The notes under the pieces are model-generated. The model searched no databases, was not told where the DNA came from, and saw nothing but the letters and a program-made list of their open reading frames with translations. Made by a program: the position numbers and the translations under genes. 64,000 bases of DNA. It comes from a virus. Its lineage: Duplodnaviria > Caudoviricetes. This document shows, one piece after another, positions 10,905 through 20,954 of this stretch. The stretch lies in the IMG/VR virus record IMGVR_UViG_3300021400_000095, one strand, 5' to 3'. Position 1 is the first letter of the stretch. Every line of letters starts with the position of its first letter.

Positions 10905-10916
10905 AATGTTTTTATT

Positions 10917-11186
10917 ATGCCAGCAAAAAGTAAATCACAACAAAGATTGTTTGGAATGGTTCATGCTTATCAAAAAGGTGAACTAAAACATCCTTCTGAA
11001 GAAATTAAAAACATTGCAAATTCAATATCAAAAAAAGATGCTGAAGATTTTGCAGAAACAAAACATAAAGGACTTCCAAACAAAGTAAAGAAAACTAAAA
11101 ATGAATCAGTTAAACTAACTGAAAGTCAATTGAATTCAATAATTACTGAATCTATTAACAAGTATATTAAAAAATATTTTAAATAA
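10917..11186 (+). CDS. DUF3008-like small protein
   Basis: MPAKSKSQQR..GM ... DFA.TKHKGLP.KV; C-terminal VKLTESQLNSIITESI. Confidence 0.65.
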   Translation: MPAKSKSQQRLFGMVHAYQKGELKHPSEEIKNIANSISKKDAEDFAETKHKGLPNKVKKTKNESVKLTESQLNSIITESINKYIKKYFK

Positions 11187-11187
11187 A

Positions 11188-11215
11188 AAAAGACCTGATT
11201 AACTCAGGTCTTTTT
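11188..11215. terminator. bidirectional terminator
   Basis: AAAAGACCTGA / TCAGGTCTTTT between convergent genes. Confidence 0.8.
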
Positions 11216-11234
11216 ATTTTATTTATTATTTAAA

Positions 11235-12338
11235 TTAGTCAACATCAGCACACTCAACAACAACATATGCTGCCCTGCTTGCTTCAGGAAGTGCATTGAT
11301 ATCAAGTTCAGTAGAGGTCTTGACATTGGTTGCACCAAAGGTCTTTGCAAGATATTCCTTAACAACCTTTGCTCTCTCACTTGCAAGATAATTGTTCCTA
11401 CTCTTAGAGCCAGTCTTGGTATCAGCAGAACCAATTACCTGAACAGGACTATTCTTATCAAAAGACTTAACAAAAGTATCAAGCTTTGCCTTCTCAACAG
11501 CACTCAAAGTTGCACTACCAATAGGGAAAGAAACTACAGTTGAACCACCTTCAATAACAGGAACCTCCTTAACAACTTCCTTGACAACTTCCTTCTCAAC
11601 AACAACCTCCTTGACAACAGGCTTCCTACCTTCAAGTTCAGCAATCCTTGCCATTGCAGCATCATAATCTGCCTTACTATAAGCATAGTTATTGGTTACA
11701 AAGTTATGGGAATTAACCCTTCTATTACCAAACTTATAGGTAACACCAACAGTAAGATTAGCAAATGCATTTTCAAACTTAGGGTTGATAACATTATGGT
11801 CACTGACAGCTTCACCCCTATTCATCCAAAGAACAGCAGGTCTTACATTGATTTGCCATGCCCTTGCCTTACCAAGATTAACATTGACCTCAGCAGCAGC
11901 CCTATAGTTAAAGTAATTCCTATCCTTAAGTTCATCAAGGTTGCCATAATCATGTCCCCAACCAATACCAGGAACAGCAACTACCTCAACCCTCCTTGGA
12001 TAACCCTTATATCCACCAAAAAGATTAGAAAGGTTCAACTTACCATTAGCAAGGACACTGTGCTGGTCAACAAAAGTATGAGCACCAGGAGTTCCAAACA
12101 ATGCAGTACCCTCAACACTGAAACCCCAAACAGGAGTTACATAAGTACCAACTTCAAGAGCAGCAGTGGGTCTGGCATTATGTACAAAGTCACTGAAAGA
12201 TGCTGCATTGAGTGCAGAAACAGCACCACCATTAACATTAACATAAGGCATACCAAATGCACCTACATACTCATAATTCTGTGCAGAAGCCATAATTGCA
12301 ATGGCCATAGCTGCAATAATACTAAAAATTTTCTTCAT
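11235..12338 (-). CDS. OmpA-family outer membrane protein (Bacteroidales type)
   Basis: signal peptide MKKIFSIIAAMAIAIMASAQ; beta-barrel ending VGVTYKF; OmpA C-domain F..GSA.L ... GSAD.KTG....N.YLASERA..V. Confidence 0.88.
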   Translation of the reverse strand: MKKIFSIIAAMAIAIMASAQNYEYVGAFGMPYVNVNGGAVSALNAASFSDFVHNARPTAALEVGTYVTPVWGFSVEGTALFGTPGAHTFVDQHSVLANGKLNLSNLFGGYKGYPRRVEVVAVPGIGWGHDYGNLDELKDRNYFNYRAAAEVNVNLGKARAWQINVRPAVLWMNRGEAVSDHNVINPKFENAFANLTVGVTYKFGNRRVNSHNFVTNNYAYSKADYDAAMARIAELEGRKPVVKEVVVEKEVVKEVVKEVPVIEGGSTVVSFPIGSATLSAVEKAKLDTFVKSFDKNSPVQVIGSADTKTGSKSRNNYLASERAKVVKEYLAKTFGATNVKTSTELDINALPEASRAAYVVVECADVD

Positions 12339-12471
12339 AATTTTAATTTTTAAAATGTTATTTAACAATAATTTTTTTCTTATTCAAATTGTGTAGATAT
12401 TCTTTATCAAAAATCATGCCACAATCATGTTTAGTTTTGCAAATATATATTAAAAAATTTAAAAAACCAAA

Positions 12472-12615
12472 TTATTTATAAAAAAAATCAAATAATTTAA
12501 ATCTTTTGCCAATTTCTTCAGGTGTCATTTCTTTAATGTCCATATCAGTTAATTGATTTAATCTTTTCCATTTCCTATAACAGAATAGTTTTTTCAAAAA
12601 TAGTTTAATCTCCAT
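12472..12615 (-). CDS. small hypothetical protein (47 aa)
   Basis: ORF MEIKLFLKKLFCYRKW... read by eye, overlapping the rmlD stop. Confidence 0.4.
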   Translation of the reverse strand: MEIKLFLKKLFCYRKWKRLNQLTDMDIKEMTPEEIGKRFKLFDFFYK

Positions 12616-13603
12616 TTTCAGCAATTTTATTTACACAATCAGATATTGCAGATGTCCAATGTCTGATATATGATTTATTATTATTTAATGATAAAAGTTT
12701 ATCAAGGCATAAAACACTATATTCTGGCCTGATAATATTATCAAAAGGTTTTTCTCTTGGTGCAATTTGATTATTGCCATTTACAATGCCTTCAATGAAT
12801 TTTGCCATATCATACCAAGAAGCAAGTCCTAAGTTAGCAAAATTTAATATATGAGCATAATTAATTGGGTCAAAACCATTGTTCCAATTGTTATTTATTT
12901 CATTTGTAATAAAGCATCCATCTTCCATTTCAATTTTATTAATAATGAAATTTGCCAAATCCATTGCATATGTTGGTGAACCAATCTGTGTTAAAACAAC
13001 TTCAAGATTTTCACCATTGATTATTTTGTTATATATTGTCTTTACAAAATTTTTACCATATTCAGAAAATAACCAAGAAACAATAATTACAACAAATCTT
13101 GGTGTTTGTGGGATTTTCTTCATTTCATTGAATAATTCCCTTATCCCAAGCAATTTACTTAAACCATATTTATTGATTTTTTCATTGGCATATATTGCAA
13201 AATCTTCATTCTTATATGACCAATGTATTTCATTTTCTTTAATTGGCTTATTTTCATATGTTCTATACATATAATCAGTACCAAAATGTACTAAGAATAT
13301 ATCATATTTATTACATAATATGGCAAGATTTTTAACAGCATCCCTATTAATTAATAGTGCCTTTTTAAAACCATCTGTTGTTTCAGCATTTTTTACATCA
13401 GTATAAGCAGCACAATTAATAATTATTTCAATATCTTCATTGTCTTGAAGATATTTTTCCATTTGTTTAATATTAGTTATATCAAAATCAGTTCTATTGG
13501 TAAAAATATATTGGTCAATGTAAGGACTGCTTTCAATAGCCTTCCTTAAACATTGACCTAATTGACCATTTGAACCTGTAATTAAAATTTTTCCTTTAAT
13601 CAT
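12605..13603 (-). CDS. rfbD: dTDP-4-dehydrorhamnose reductase (RmlD/RfbD-like)
   Basis: GSNGQLG, NCAAYT.V..AE, TDY, YGLSK, NFVKT, QIGSPTYA.DLA. Confidence 0.85.
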   Translation of the reverse strand: MIKGKILITGSNGQLGQCLRKAIESSPYIDQYIFTNRTDFDITNIKQMEKYLQDNEDIEIIINCAAYTDVKNAETTDGFKKALLINRDAVKNLAILCNKYDIFLVHFGTDYMYRTYENKPIKENEIHWSYKNEDFAIYANEKINKYGLSKLLGIRELFNEMKKIPQTPRFVVIIVSWLFSEYGKNFVKTIYNKIINGENLEVVLTQIGSPTYAMDLANFIINKIEMEDGCFITNEINNNWNNGFDPINYAHILNFANLGLASWYDMAKFIEGIVNGNNQIAPREKPFDNIIRPEYSVLCLDKLLSLNNNKSYIRHWTSAISDCVNKIAENGD

Positions 13604-13605
13604 GA

Positions 13606-14514
13606 TTAGATAGTTTGTACAAATTCACTTTCTATATTGAATAGACTGTTGGTTGTAAATATTTTCTTAACAGTACCATTTTGAAGTCTTTCAAGTAAAA
13701 TACTCTTATCAGCATCAAGAACACTCTTTTCACAATGTGTTGCATAGGCATAAATCTCTTTTGCACCAAGTTCCTTTAATTTATCAGCACTGATTGAAAA
13801 TGTTCCACCATAAGAAATAATATCATCAACCATCAGAACAGTTTTACCTTCCAAAACTTTTACATTTTTTTTGTCAGATTTAAGTTCATAACCATTCCTA
13901 TCATTAATAGTTAAACCAAGAATTTTTCCTGTTGCCCAGTCTCTGTTTTTTATACCATAAAGAACCTCTCTATTACCAAACAAATTAGTATCACAATATC
14001 TTTTCATTGCACCATTATCTGGAAAGTAAATAACAAGTCTTTCAATCATTTTTACACATCCATCATTACTATGCTCTTGATTAAGATTAACATTAAATTC
14101 AAGGTATTCCATCACTCTCTTAACATAATCTTCCCAAGGAAGGATTGTTACATTATTAATAAGAGCAGGAGTAACATTTGAATGAGGGTCCAAAATGTAA
14201 ACATTATTTAAATTAAGTTCATTAATAAACTTTGCAAAATATTTAAGAGTAAATACTTCATCATTTGCTTTAGTTCTATCCATTCTGGCATTAGGGAAAT
14301 ACAATACATAAAGATTTATAATTGCATTTTTCTTTTTATCTCTTAAATGATTTACAGCATACCACAAAGTCATACATTCCTCTTCATTCTCATATGCCCA
14401 TGTAATAGTAAATAGATTTGGAATTTCTTGCACAAAACCAGTATCAAGTTTAAAAAATTGAGTGTTATCTGGAAAATGCTTAGTACTTATTTTTTCATTA
14501 TTAACAGAAATCAT
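13606..14514 (-). CDS. ribose-phosphate pyrophosphokinase-like protein (phage Prs/Adps type)
   Basis: FPD, YFPNARMDR, LDPHS, PDNGA, PRT loop VDDIISYGGTF. Confidence 0.85.
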   Translation of the reverse strand: MISVNNEKISTKHFPDNTQFFKLDTGFVQEIPNLFTITWAYENEEECMTLWYAVNHLRDKKKNAIINLYVLYFPNARMDRTKANDEVFTLKYFAKFINELNLNNVYILDPHSNVTPALINNVTILPWEDYVKRVMEYLEFNVNLNQEHSNDGCVKMIERLVIYFPDNGAMKRYCDTNLFGNREVLYGIKNRDWATGKILGLTINDRNGYELKSDKKNVKVLEGKTVLMVDDIISYGGTFSISADKLKELGAKEIYAYATHCEKSVLDADKSILLERLQNGTVKKIFTTNSLFNIESEFVQTI

Positions 14515-14525
14515 ACCTTATCAAT

Positions 14526-14942
14526 TTAATTTAACATTTTTAATGCTTCAATATAAAGATTTAATCTTTCAGTAAACTTTTTATTAATTTTTTCTTTTTC
14601 TTTCTTTTGCCAATCAAATAATTCAAGTTGCCTTTCTTTAAGCCAAAAAGATAAATTATTTTCTACAAATTTAAGGTTTTCATTAAGTATAAAAATACCA
14701 TAATTGGACTTAGACATGAATTCAACTTTATTCTTTGGGATATGTATTTTGTTTTGATTTTTTTCAAACTTTCTTTCTTCACAAGAAAATGTAATCTCAT
14801 ATAAAGTTCCTGTATCTATGATATTTTCAATTGTTATATATACAGGTAAAATAAGAAAATTTAATTTTTTTGTCTTATAATCTATACATGCTTTAGCATA
14901 ATAAAATGCTTTATGTAATATTTCTTTAATATCTTCCATCAT
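14526..14942 (-). CDS. hypothetical protein
   Basis: 138 aa ORF in operon. Confidence 0.55.
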   Translation of the reverse strand: MMEDIKEILHKAFYYAKACIDYKTKKLNFLILPVYITIENIIDTGTLYEITFSCEERKFEKNQNKIHIPKNKVEFMSKSNYGIFILNENLKFVENNLSFWLKERQLELFDWQKKEKEKINKKFTERLNLYIEALKMLN

Positions 14943-15366
14943 TTTTTACATTATTAATTCCTTGATAAATTAAAGCATTGATAGCATTAATAAATGAATT
15001 ATCATTAAAAATACTACTTTGTAAATTTTTCATAAACAAATTAGCAAACATGCTTAAAGCCATTTTTTGAATACTACCTTCTTCAGTAAGATATTCTTTG
15101 ATTTTTTTCTTTACTTCATCAAATATTGGATTGCAATCAACATTATTAATAATTTTAGTAAATATTGATGATGGCTCATTTGAAATTTCTCCCCAATGAT
15201 TTCTTTTTTCAACCAAAAAAAGTTTTTTCATTTCTTCATCATTTGCAAGATACTCACTCATTGCCTTTACAATAATATCATGTAATTCATCTTTTGAGAA
15301 AGCATTTAATTCATTATCCAAAACATCTTTGAATCTTGTTTCATCTAAATTAACCTCTATCTTCAT
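14926..15366 (-). CDS. hypothetical protein
   Basis: 146 aa ORF in operon. Confidence 0.6.
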   Translation of the reverse strand: MKIEVNLDETRFKDVLDNELNAFSKDELHDIIVKAMSEYLANDEEMKKLFLVEKRNHWGEISNEPSSIFTKIINNVDCNPIFDEVKKKIKEYLTEEGSIQKMALSMFANLFMKNLQSSIFNDNSFINAINALIYQGINNVKNDGRY

Positions 15367-15379
15367 ATTTTTATATAAT

Positions 15380-15643
15380 TTATACCAAGTTATATTTTAC
15401 AATAGGCCCATTATTAATATATGGAATAGCCCTGATTGTATTGTAATCAATAAACTCCATTGCATCCTCAACAGTCATACCATCTTCTTCAACAAGACAA
15501 TCTACCATTTTATCATAATCATAAATTACTCTATTGTCTTGTGAAATACCAATAAATGCATTGGCATAATCTGGATTTTCAAAAACAACTGCTTCCTCAG
15601 TACCATTATCTATTAATAATGTTTTTAATTCATCTAATGTCAT
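15380..15643 (-). CDS. conserved phage hypothetical protein
   Basis: A.IG....RVIYDYDKM...L......EDA.EFIDYN pattern. Confidence 0.7.
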   Translation of the reverse strand: MTLDELKTLLIDNGTEEAVVFENPDYANAFIGISQDNRVIYDYDKMVDCLVEEDGMTVEDAMEFIDYNTIRAIPYINNGPIVKYNLV

Positions 15644-15680
15644 AACAAATTATTTTTTTACAAATATATGATTTCTTTTT

Positions 15681-16835
15681 TTAATTAACAAACTTTTTCA
15701 TAACATAACAATTGTTAACAATAATCCATGAAATAATTGTATTAATTAATATTACAATAATAAACAATGCAATATATTCACCATTTGTCAATTGAACCTT
15801 AATATATTCAAAATCTTTGAATTCTTTTCTTTTCCAATTGTTTAGGTTTTGAATTAGCCATTCACCATATTCTGATATATTAAGTTTTTCATTATTCCTA
15901 TATTTTTCCATTGTACTAATTGAAAGAAATGGTTCATCTTCCCATGAAAAAGAATAACACCAATCAACTGTTCTATCAGAATTAACCCCAAAACAAACTA
16001 TTAATTCATTTTTATTCCCACCTTCCCAATATGCCTGTTGTTTAAATGCTTGCTCAATACCAACATTGGATGGAAATAAAAGAACAAACAATCTGAATTG
16101 TTTTAACTTTCCATAATAGCCATTAATGTATTTAATAGTTTCAATTTCCTCTTGGTTTACATTTATACTATTAGTAAGAATTGTATTTTGGTCTAAATTA
16201 TCTATTTTTGGATATTCAAACAAGTTAAGTTCTTTTGCTTGTTTTTTTGTAATTTTTTCAAATTTAAATATTGAATTTGATTTCCTGACTTTGTTTTTGT
16301 AATAATGTGTTGTTGTAATTGTCCTAATTGTGTTTCTTGTTTTTGGCCAATAATAATCCTGAGCATCACCATCCTTTCTATAATAATGCCTATGCATATC
16401 AACAAAAACTTTTTGAGGATGATTGAATCTATTTAAAATTTCATTGAATTGTTCTTTGGTTAAGATATGTTCATCTTTACTTAAATTGTCAACATATATC
16501 CAATATTCATTATGATATGCTCTATATGAACAATCATATTCCTCTGTTTTATAAATTGTATTACCATCACTATCTTCACCAACTGCAACCTCTCTGGTAC
16601 AAGTTTGTTCTATCCATTCATCCCAATCATCATAATGCCTTATCTTTTCAATATATCCACCAAAATATTCAATATCATTAGTTTTTGAACTTTTAAATAT
16701 CCAAATGAATGACAATGTAATTATTATAGAACTACATATTAGTATAATGTACTCAAAAAAAGTTACTTTTTCCTTATAAAAATTTAAAAGGAAAAAAGCA
16801 ACAATAAAAGGTATAAAAAATAAAATGATTTCCAC
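15681..16835 (-). CDS. membrane protein with large extracytoplasmic domain
   Basis: two N-terminal and one C-terminal TM segments; W.GGNKNELIV. Confidence 0.7.
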   Translation of the reverse strand: MEIILFFIPFIVAFFLLNFYKEKVTFFEYIILICSSIIITLSFIWIFKSSKTNDIEYFGGYIEKIRHYDDWDEWIEQTCTREVAVGEDSDGNTIYKTEEYDCSYRAYHNEYWIYVDNLSKDEHILTKEQFNEILNRFNHPQKVFVDMHRHYYRKDGDAQDYYWPKTRNTIRTITTTHYYKNKVRKSNSIFKFEKITKKQAKELNLFEYPKIDNLDQNTILTNSINVNQEEIETIKYINGYYGKLKQFRLFVLLFPSNVGIEQAFKQQAYWEGGNKNELIVCFGVNSDRTVDWCYSFSWEDEPFLSISTMEKYRNNEKLNISEYGEWLIQNLNNWKRKEFKDFEYIKVQLTNGEYIALFIIVILINTIISWIIVNNCYVMKKFVN

Positions 16836-16960
16836 TACCTCAGCAAATCAATAAACATTGGAACAAAAGGTAAATACATATCAACAAGCCAATTATATTT
16901 AATGCTATTGAAAGAAAACCTTTCAAACCATATCATGAATTTGTAAAATAAAATCTTCAT
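16835..16960 (-). CDS. small hydrophobic protein (41 aa)
   Basis: MKILFYKFMIWFERF...; its TAG stop overlaps the GTG start of the next gene. Confidence 0.4.
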   Translation of the reverse strand: MKILFYKFMIWFERFSFNSIKYNWLVDMYLPFVPMFIDLLR

Positions 16961-16962
16961 AA

Positions 16963-17502
16963 TTAAAATAAATTAATATTATCATCAAGTCCTGTTTCCC
17001 TAACAGTTTTTGCTATTGTAGAACTAATTAAAACATATTCAATATGAGACTTGTCCTTGATAAACCACTTTGAAGGATATGTGGAAATAAGAACCTCATG
17101 CTCTCTTACAATATCAATGAGTCTTTCCTGTGACTTTTGAAACTCAGTCCTATAAATCTCAATTGAAGCCATTAAATCTTTATACAATGAGGAATCAAAA
17201 TCTGGATTATCTTCTTGAATCCATTTCATTAAACTCCCATCACCACTTGAATATCTACCACTGATAATTTCAGGATAAATTTCCTTAAAGGCTTCCTTAT
17301 ATTCATTGGAAACCTGTGCTTTTTGCTGAAGGATTTTCCACATTTTGTCATAAACACCTTCAACCTTGTCATACTGAGCAACAGCTTCTTTCCTAAGTCT
17401 AATTTCACTGTTGTTATAACTAAAATAAAGTGAAGCACCAAGTACAACACCAATTCCAATAATAACAAAACAAATTAAGGTAATAATGCCATTCTTTTTC
17501 AT
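16963..17502 (-). CDS. LemA-like membrane-anchored coiled-coil protein
   Basis: N-terminal TM then SYNN; helical body. Confidence 0.55.
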   Translation of the reverse strand: MKKNGIITLICFVIIGIGVVLGASLYFSYNNSEIRLRKEAVAQYDKVEGVYDKMWKILQQKAQVSNEYKEAFKEIYPEIISGRYSSGDGSLMKWIQEDNPDFDSSLYKDLMASIEIYRTEFQKSQERLIDIVREHEVLISTYPSKWFIKDKSHIEYVLISSTIAKTVRETGLDDNINLF

Positions 17503-17546
17503 AAATATTTTGCTTTTTGTTTATTTAAATGTTAACTCTTCAAAAA

Positions 17547-17825
17547 TCATGCCACATCTTCCTCAAAAACAAAGAAAATGTGATTATCTTCTACAACAAT
17601 TTTTGTAAGAACATAATTTTCAAGTTTAAATCCAGGGCTAATAAATGGTCCACCTGATGGGTCAAATGCTTTAATATCATTTTGCTTTCCAATTACTCTA
17701 TATGTTGCCCAATCATGTTCAGCAACAAAAATATAATAATTATCTTTTACTTTCTTAAAATAGTTCTTGTGCCCATCTCTGTTGACAGGAATTTGAATGA
17801 TGTTTGGTAAATTAGTTTTTTCCAT
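17547..17825 (-). CDS. hypothetical protein
   Basis: FDPSGGPFI motif; start moved to MEKTN. Confidence 0.6.
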   Translation of the reverse strand: MEKTNLPNIIQIPVNRDGHKNYFKKVKDNYYIFVAEHDWATYRVIGKQNDIKAFDPSGGPFISPGFKLENYVLTKIVVEDNHIFFVFEEDVA

Positions 17826-18078
17826 TTCTTTATTTGTTTTTACAAAAATATAAAACATTTTTAAAAAAAAACAAAATGTCTTAATACTATCTTATGTACT
17901 ATGAGTATTTATTTAGCTAATATATATAATTAGCTTAAAATAATATATTTAGCTATTTATTTTTTTTATAATAAAATATTCTTGAAATAAAATTACTAGT
18001 ACTTATAAGTTATTGCAAGTTAAAGGAAATTTTGTTTTTCTCATTTTTTATTTGTATGTTTGGCAAAAAACTAATTAT

Positions 18079-18405
18079 ATGTCAGGAGGAAGTTTTGATT
18101 ACAAAGAATATAATATTCAATATATTATTGATGAAATAGAAGATGTTATTTTTAAAAATAAAGTTGAAATAACTGAAGAAGATAGAAGAAATAATCCATA
18201 TAATTATTATGATGAACAAAAATATCATTATAATTATAGTGATGAAACTATCAATGAATTTAAAAAGGCTGTTGATATTTTAAAGAAGGCTCAGATTTAT
18301 GCTCATAGAATTGACTATTTATTAGCAGGAGATGATAATGAAGAATCTTTTCTTAAGAGATTACATATGGACTTAGAAAAATTAAATAAAGAAAATGATG
18401 AATAA
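18079..18405 (+). CDS. conserved phage protein (MSGGSFDY family)
   Basis: MSGGSFDY ... HRIDYLL.GDD.EESF. Confidence 0.7.
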   Translation: MSGGSFDYKEYNIQYIIDEIEDVIFKNKVEITEEDRRNNPYNYYDEQKYHYNYSDETINEFKKAVDILKKAQIYAHRIDYLLAGDDNEESFLKRLHMDLEKLNKENDE

Positions 18406-18601
18406 AGTGCTTGAAAATAACCATTTGGTTTTTAAATTCAATGGTGGTGCTGGTGCAGTTCTTTGCTCTAATTGTAGAAAAATTATATATAGTGGTAAAA
18501 ATATACCTGAAGAAATATTAGAAGGAAAAGACACTTCACCCAAATTTTGTAGTGAACAATGTAAAAATGAATTTAATTCAAATCTAAATAATAAAACATA
18601 A
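18395..18601 (+). CDS. small zinc-finger-like protein
   Basis: KFNGG.GAVLCSNC ... FCSEQC. Confidence 0.6.
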   Translation: MMNKVLENNHLVFKFNGGAGAVLCSNCRKIIYSGKNIPEEILEGKDTSPKFCSEQCKNEFNSNLNNKT

Positions 18602-18614
18602 AAATATATGAATC

Positions 18615-19259
18615 ATGAAAAGGTTAGTTATTTGTTTGATAAGTTGCCTTATATTATTTATATCTTGTTCTACAGCATACAATGGTTCAAGATATATTAG
18701 CTCTGATTATGAAATTGCTTATATTTTGGAAACAAGATATCCAAAATTATATGAGTATTATGTTAATGATGTCTTATCAGTTTCTTCTATTAGAGAATAT
18801 AAATTACCTAATGGAAATGTTGACTATAAAGTAAATTACAGATTTAAAAAACATTATTTTTATAACTATAGTGAAAGAATGACAATTCTTAAAGAAAGAT
18901 ATGCTGAACTATATGAGTTATATTGTTTGGGTTTAGTTGAAATTAATTCAATGTATATGTATGTTGATAATCATGGGAATATAAGATATAATGTATCTTA
19001 TAGAAGGATAGGTGATTATTATTATGACTATCATTATTATTATGGGAATTATCCATATTATGATTATAGATATAGGCCATTTATACTTAAAACCCCAAGA
19101 GTAAGACCTATTCCAAGACCTGAATCAAGACCACAGCCTAATGTTTCACCAAGGCCAAACAATAATCAAAGACCTCAACCTACTAATCCACAAAGAGTGA
19201 TACCAAGACAACAACCTAACAATTCATCAAGACCAAACACTAATAATAGGAGAAAATAA
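18615..19259 (+). CDS. lipoprotein with Tyr-rich and Pro/Arg/Asn-rich tail
   Basis: lipobox-like LFISC; low-complexity C-terminus. Confidence 0.65.
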   Translation: MKRLVICLISCLILFISCSTAYNGSRYISSDYEIAYILETRYPKLYEYYVNDVLSVSSIREYKLPNGNVDYKVNYRFKKHYFYNYSERMTILKERYAELYELYCLGLVEINSMYMYVDNHGNIRYNVSYRRIGDYYYDYHYYYGNYPYYDYRYRPFILKTPRVRPIPRPESRPQPNVSPRPNNNQRPQPTNPQRVIPRQQPNNSSRPNTNNRRK

Positions 19260-19261
19260 TT

Positions 19262-20041
19262 ATGATTTTTGAAACATTAAAAGAAAAATGTAGATACTTT
19301 CAATCATTATATGATTATAAATTATTGCCAAATTGTTTTGCAATTGCACATCTTGATGGTAGAAGTTTTAGTAAATTAATAAAAAAACAATTTAAACTAC
19401 CTTTTGATGATGATTTTATTAATATGATGAATGAAACTACCAGATATCTATGTGAAAAAGTACAAAATGTTGAATTTGCATTTACACAATCTGATGAAAT
19501 AACACTTATTATTAAAGATAATAGTCAGACTGATTTACCATTTGGTGGAAGATTATGTAAATTACAATCTATACTTGCTTCAATGGCAAGTACTAAATTC
19601 AATCAATTATATTTAATTAATAAAATTAAATCACAAGAAGAAAAAATTAAAACAAATGAAGATATTTGTAATTTAATTGAAAATCATAAATTAGTAGAAT
19701 TTGATTGTAAAATTTGGTCAGTTCCATCATTAAATGATGTAAAGGCTTGGCTAATATTTAGACAAAATGATTGTATTAGAAATTCAAGACAACAAACAGC
19801 ACAAACCTATTGCAGTTATAAAGAACTTTTAAAAAAAGGTGCAAAAGAACAAGTTAATTACTTAAAAGAAAAAACTGGTATTGATTGGGATTCATTATCA
19901 GATGATAAAAAATATGGAAGAATCTTTAAAAAAGTTCAAACTGAAAAACAAAAGGAAATTAATGGTGAAACAATAACCTTTATGAGAAATACATGGGAAA
20001 TAGAATCAAAAATAATTGATTTTACTAACTTTGGTGAATAA
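19262..20041 (+). CDS. tRNA(His) guanylyltransferase Thg1-like protein
   Basis: LDGRSFS, QSDEI, FGGR..K..S..AS, FD, W..FRQ.DC.RNS. Confidence 0.9.
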   Translation: MIFETLKEKCRYFQSLYDYKLLPNCFAIAHLDGRSFSKLIKKQFKLPFDDDFINMMNETTRYLCEKVQNVEFAFTQSDEITLIIKDNSQTDLPFGGRLCKLQSILASMASTKFNQLYLINKIKSQEEKIKTNEDICNLIENHKLVEFDCKIWSVPSLNDVKAWLIFRQNDCIRNSRQQTAQTYCSYKELLKKGAKEQVNYLKEKTGIDWDSLSDDKKYGRIFKKVQTEKQKEINGETITFMRNTWEIESKIIDFTNFGE

Positions 20042-20068
20042 AAAAAATAAGGACTGAATTTTCAGTCC

Positions 20069-20398
20069 TTATTTTATAAATAACCAAGAAAGTATTCCAA
20101 GAATTTTATATCTTCTTAAATCTTTTTTATTAAGAACATAGTCTAAATCAACATCTTTAACTCTATCTTCATACATATTTAATTTATATAAGAAATTGTG
20201 CACTGCCCATTCCATTTTTAAATCAAAATATGTTCTGTTTTCAAACAATTTTGTGTTTGGAAATCTATATTTGATTAATTCAAATACTCTCTCAAAATCT
20301 CTTTTTCTAACCTTGTAACTATCATAAATTTTAATTCTGTCCCAGAATTCAAACATCTGTAATTCATCAAGGTCTTTTATGTATTCATTGTTTTTCAT
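20069..20398 (-). CDS. hypothetical protein
   Basis: EWAVHNFLY motif. Confidence 0.6.
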   Translation of the reverse strand: MKNNEYIKDLDELQMFEFWDRIKIYDSYKVRKRDFERVFELIKYRFPNTKLFENRTYFDLKMEWAVHNFLYKLNMYEDRVKDVDLDYVLNKKDLRRYKILGILSWLFIK

Positions 20399-20418
20399 AT
20401 CATTTTCTTTTTCTTTAC

Positions 20419-20856
20419 TTATTTTTTTAATTTACAATAACATTTTCCATTTTTAAGATGAACTGTTTCTATGTTAGCACATTTGTTTGCCCAAGATTCA
20501 GTATAGAAATTATAATAACATTTTGCCTTACTAAATGTTGCCCAAAAAATACTAGGAATACCAATAACAAATAAATATAGAACACCTAAAATCTTGCTTT
20601 GTACTGTGTGCCCATCTAATTCATGTGGGATACCATAATCAACTTCTGTTAATTTATAATCAACAAAACTAAATGGGCCTAAAGAAATTCCACCATGCAT
20701 TTTGCTTGCCTTGAAACATATATTAAAATGCCTAATACCAACAACTTCTAGTTTTCCAATGAATGGAATCATAACTAATGAAACTAAAAATTGTGGGAAT
20801 TGCCATATACATAACAAAACAAATATAAACCACCAAAAAAAACTTTTCTTTTCCAT
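20419..20856 (-). CDS. membrane protein with HExxH-like motif
   Basis: WQFPQ, GGISLG, HELDGH..QS..LG..YL..IG.PS, FYTE.WA. Confidence 0.65.
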   Translation of the reverse strand: MEKKSFFWWFIFVLLCIWQFPQFLVSLVMIPFIGKLEVVGIRHFNICFKASKMHGGISLGPFSFVDYKLTEVDYGIPHELDGHTVQSKILGVLYLFVIGIPSIFWATFSKAKCYYNFYTESWANKCANIETVHLKNGKCYCKLKK

Positions 20857-20880
20857 AATAATACTTTTTTTATAAATAGT

Positions 20881-20912
20881 TTTTGTTTTTAATTAATTTG
20901 TTTGTATATTTG
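20881..20912 (+). promoter_or_regulatory. Bacteroidetes-type primary sigma promoter (TTTG ... TAnnTTTG); many other copies, e.g. ~2165-, 22322+, 33494+, 50097+, 51958+, 54476+, 60234+, 60934+, 61294+
   Basis: TTTG-N~19-TATATTTG upstream of ssb. Confidence 0.7.
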
Positions 20913-20954
20913 CTGTGAATTGAATTATTAATTATTTAAAAATATATAAAATTT

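Noticed and set aside
11706-12353. Antisense and nested ORFs in the track (e.g. 11706-12353, 5987-6508, 46266-46898, 26585-27049)
   Set aside because: Shadow frames of well-supported genes on the opposite strand or in another frame, with no motifs or promoters.
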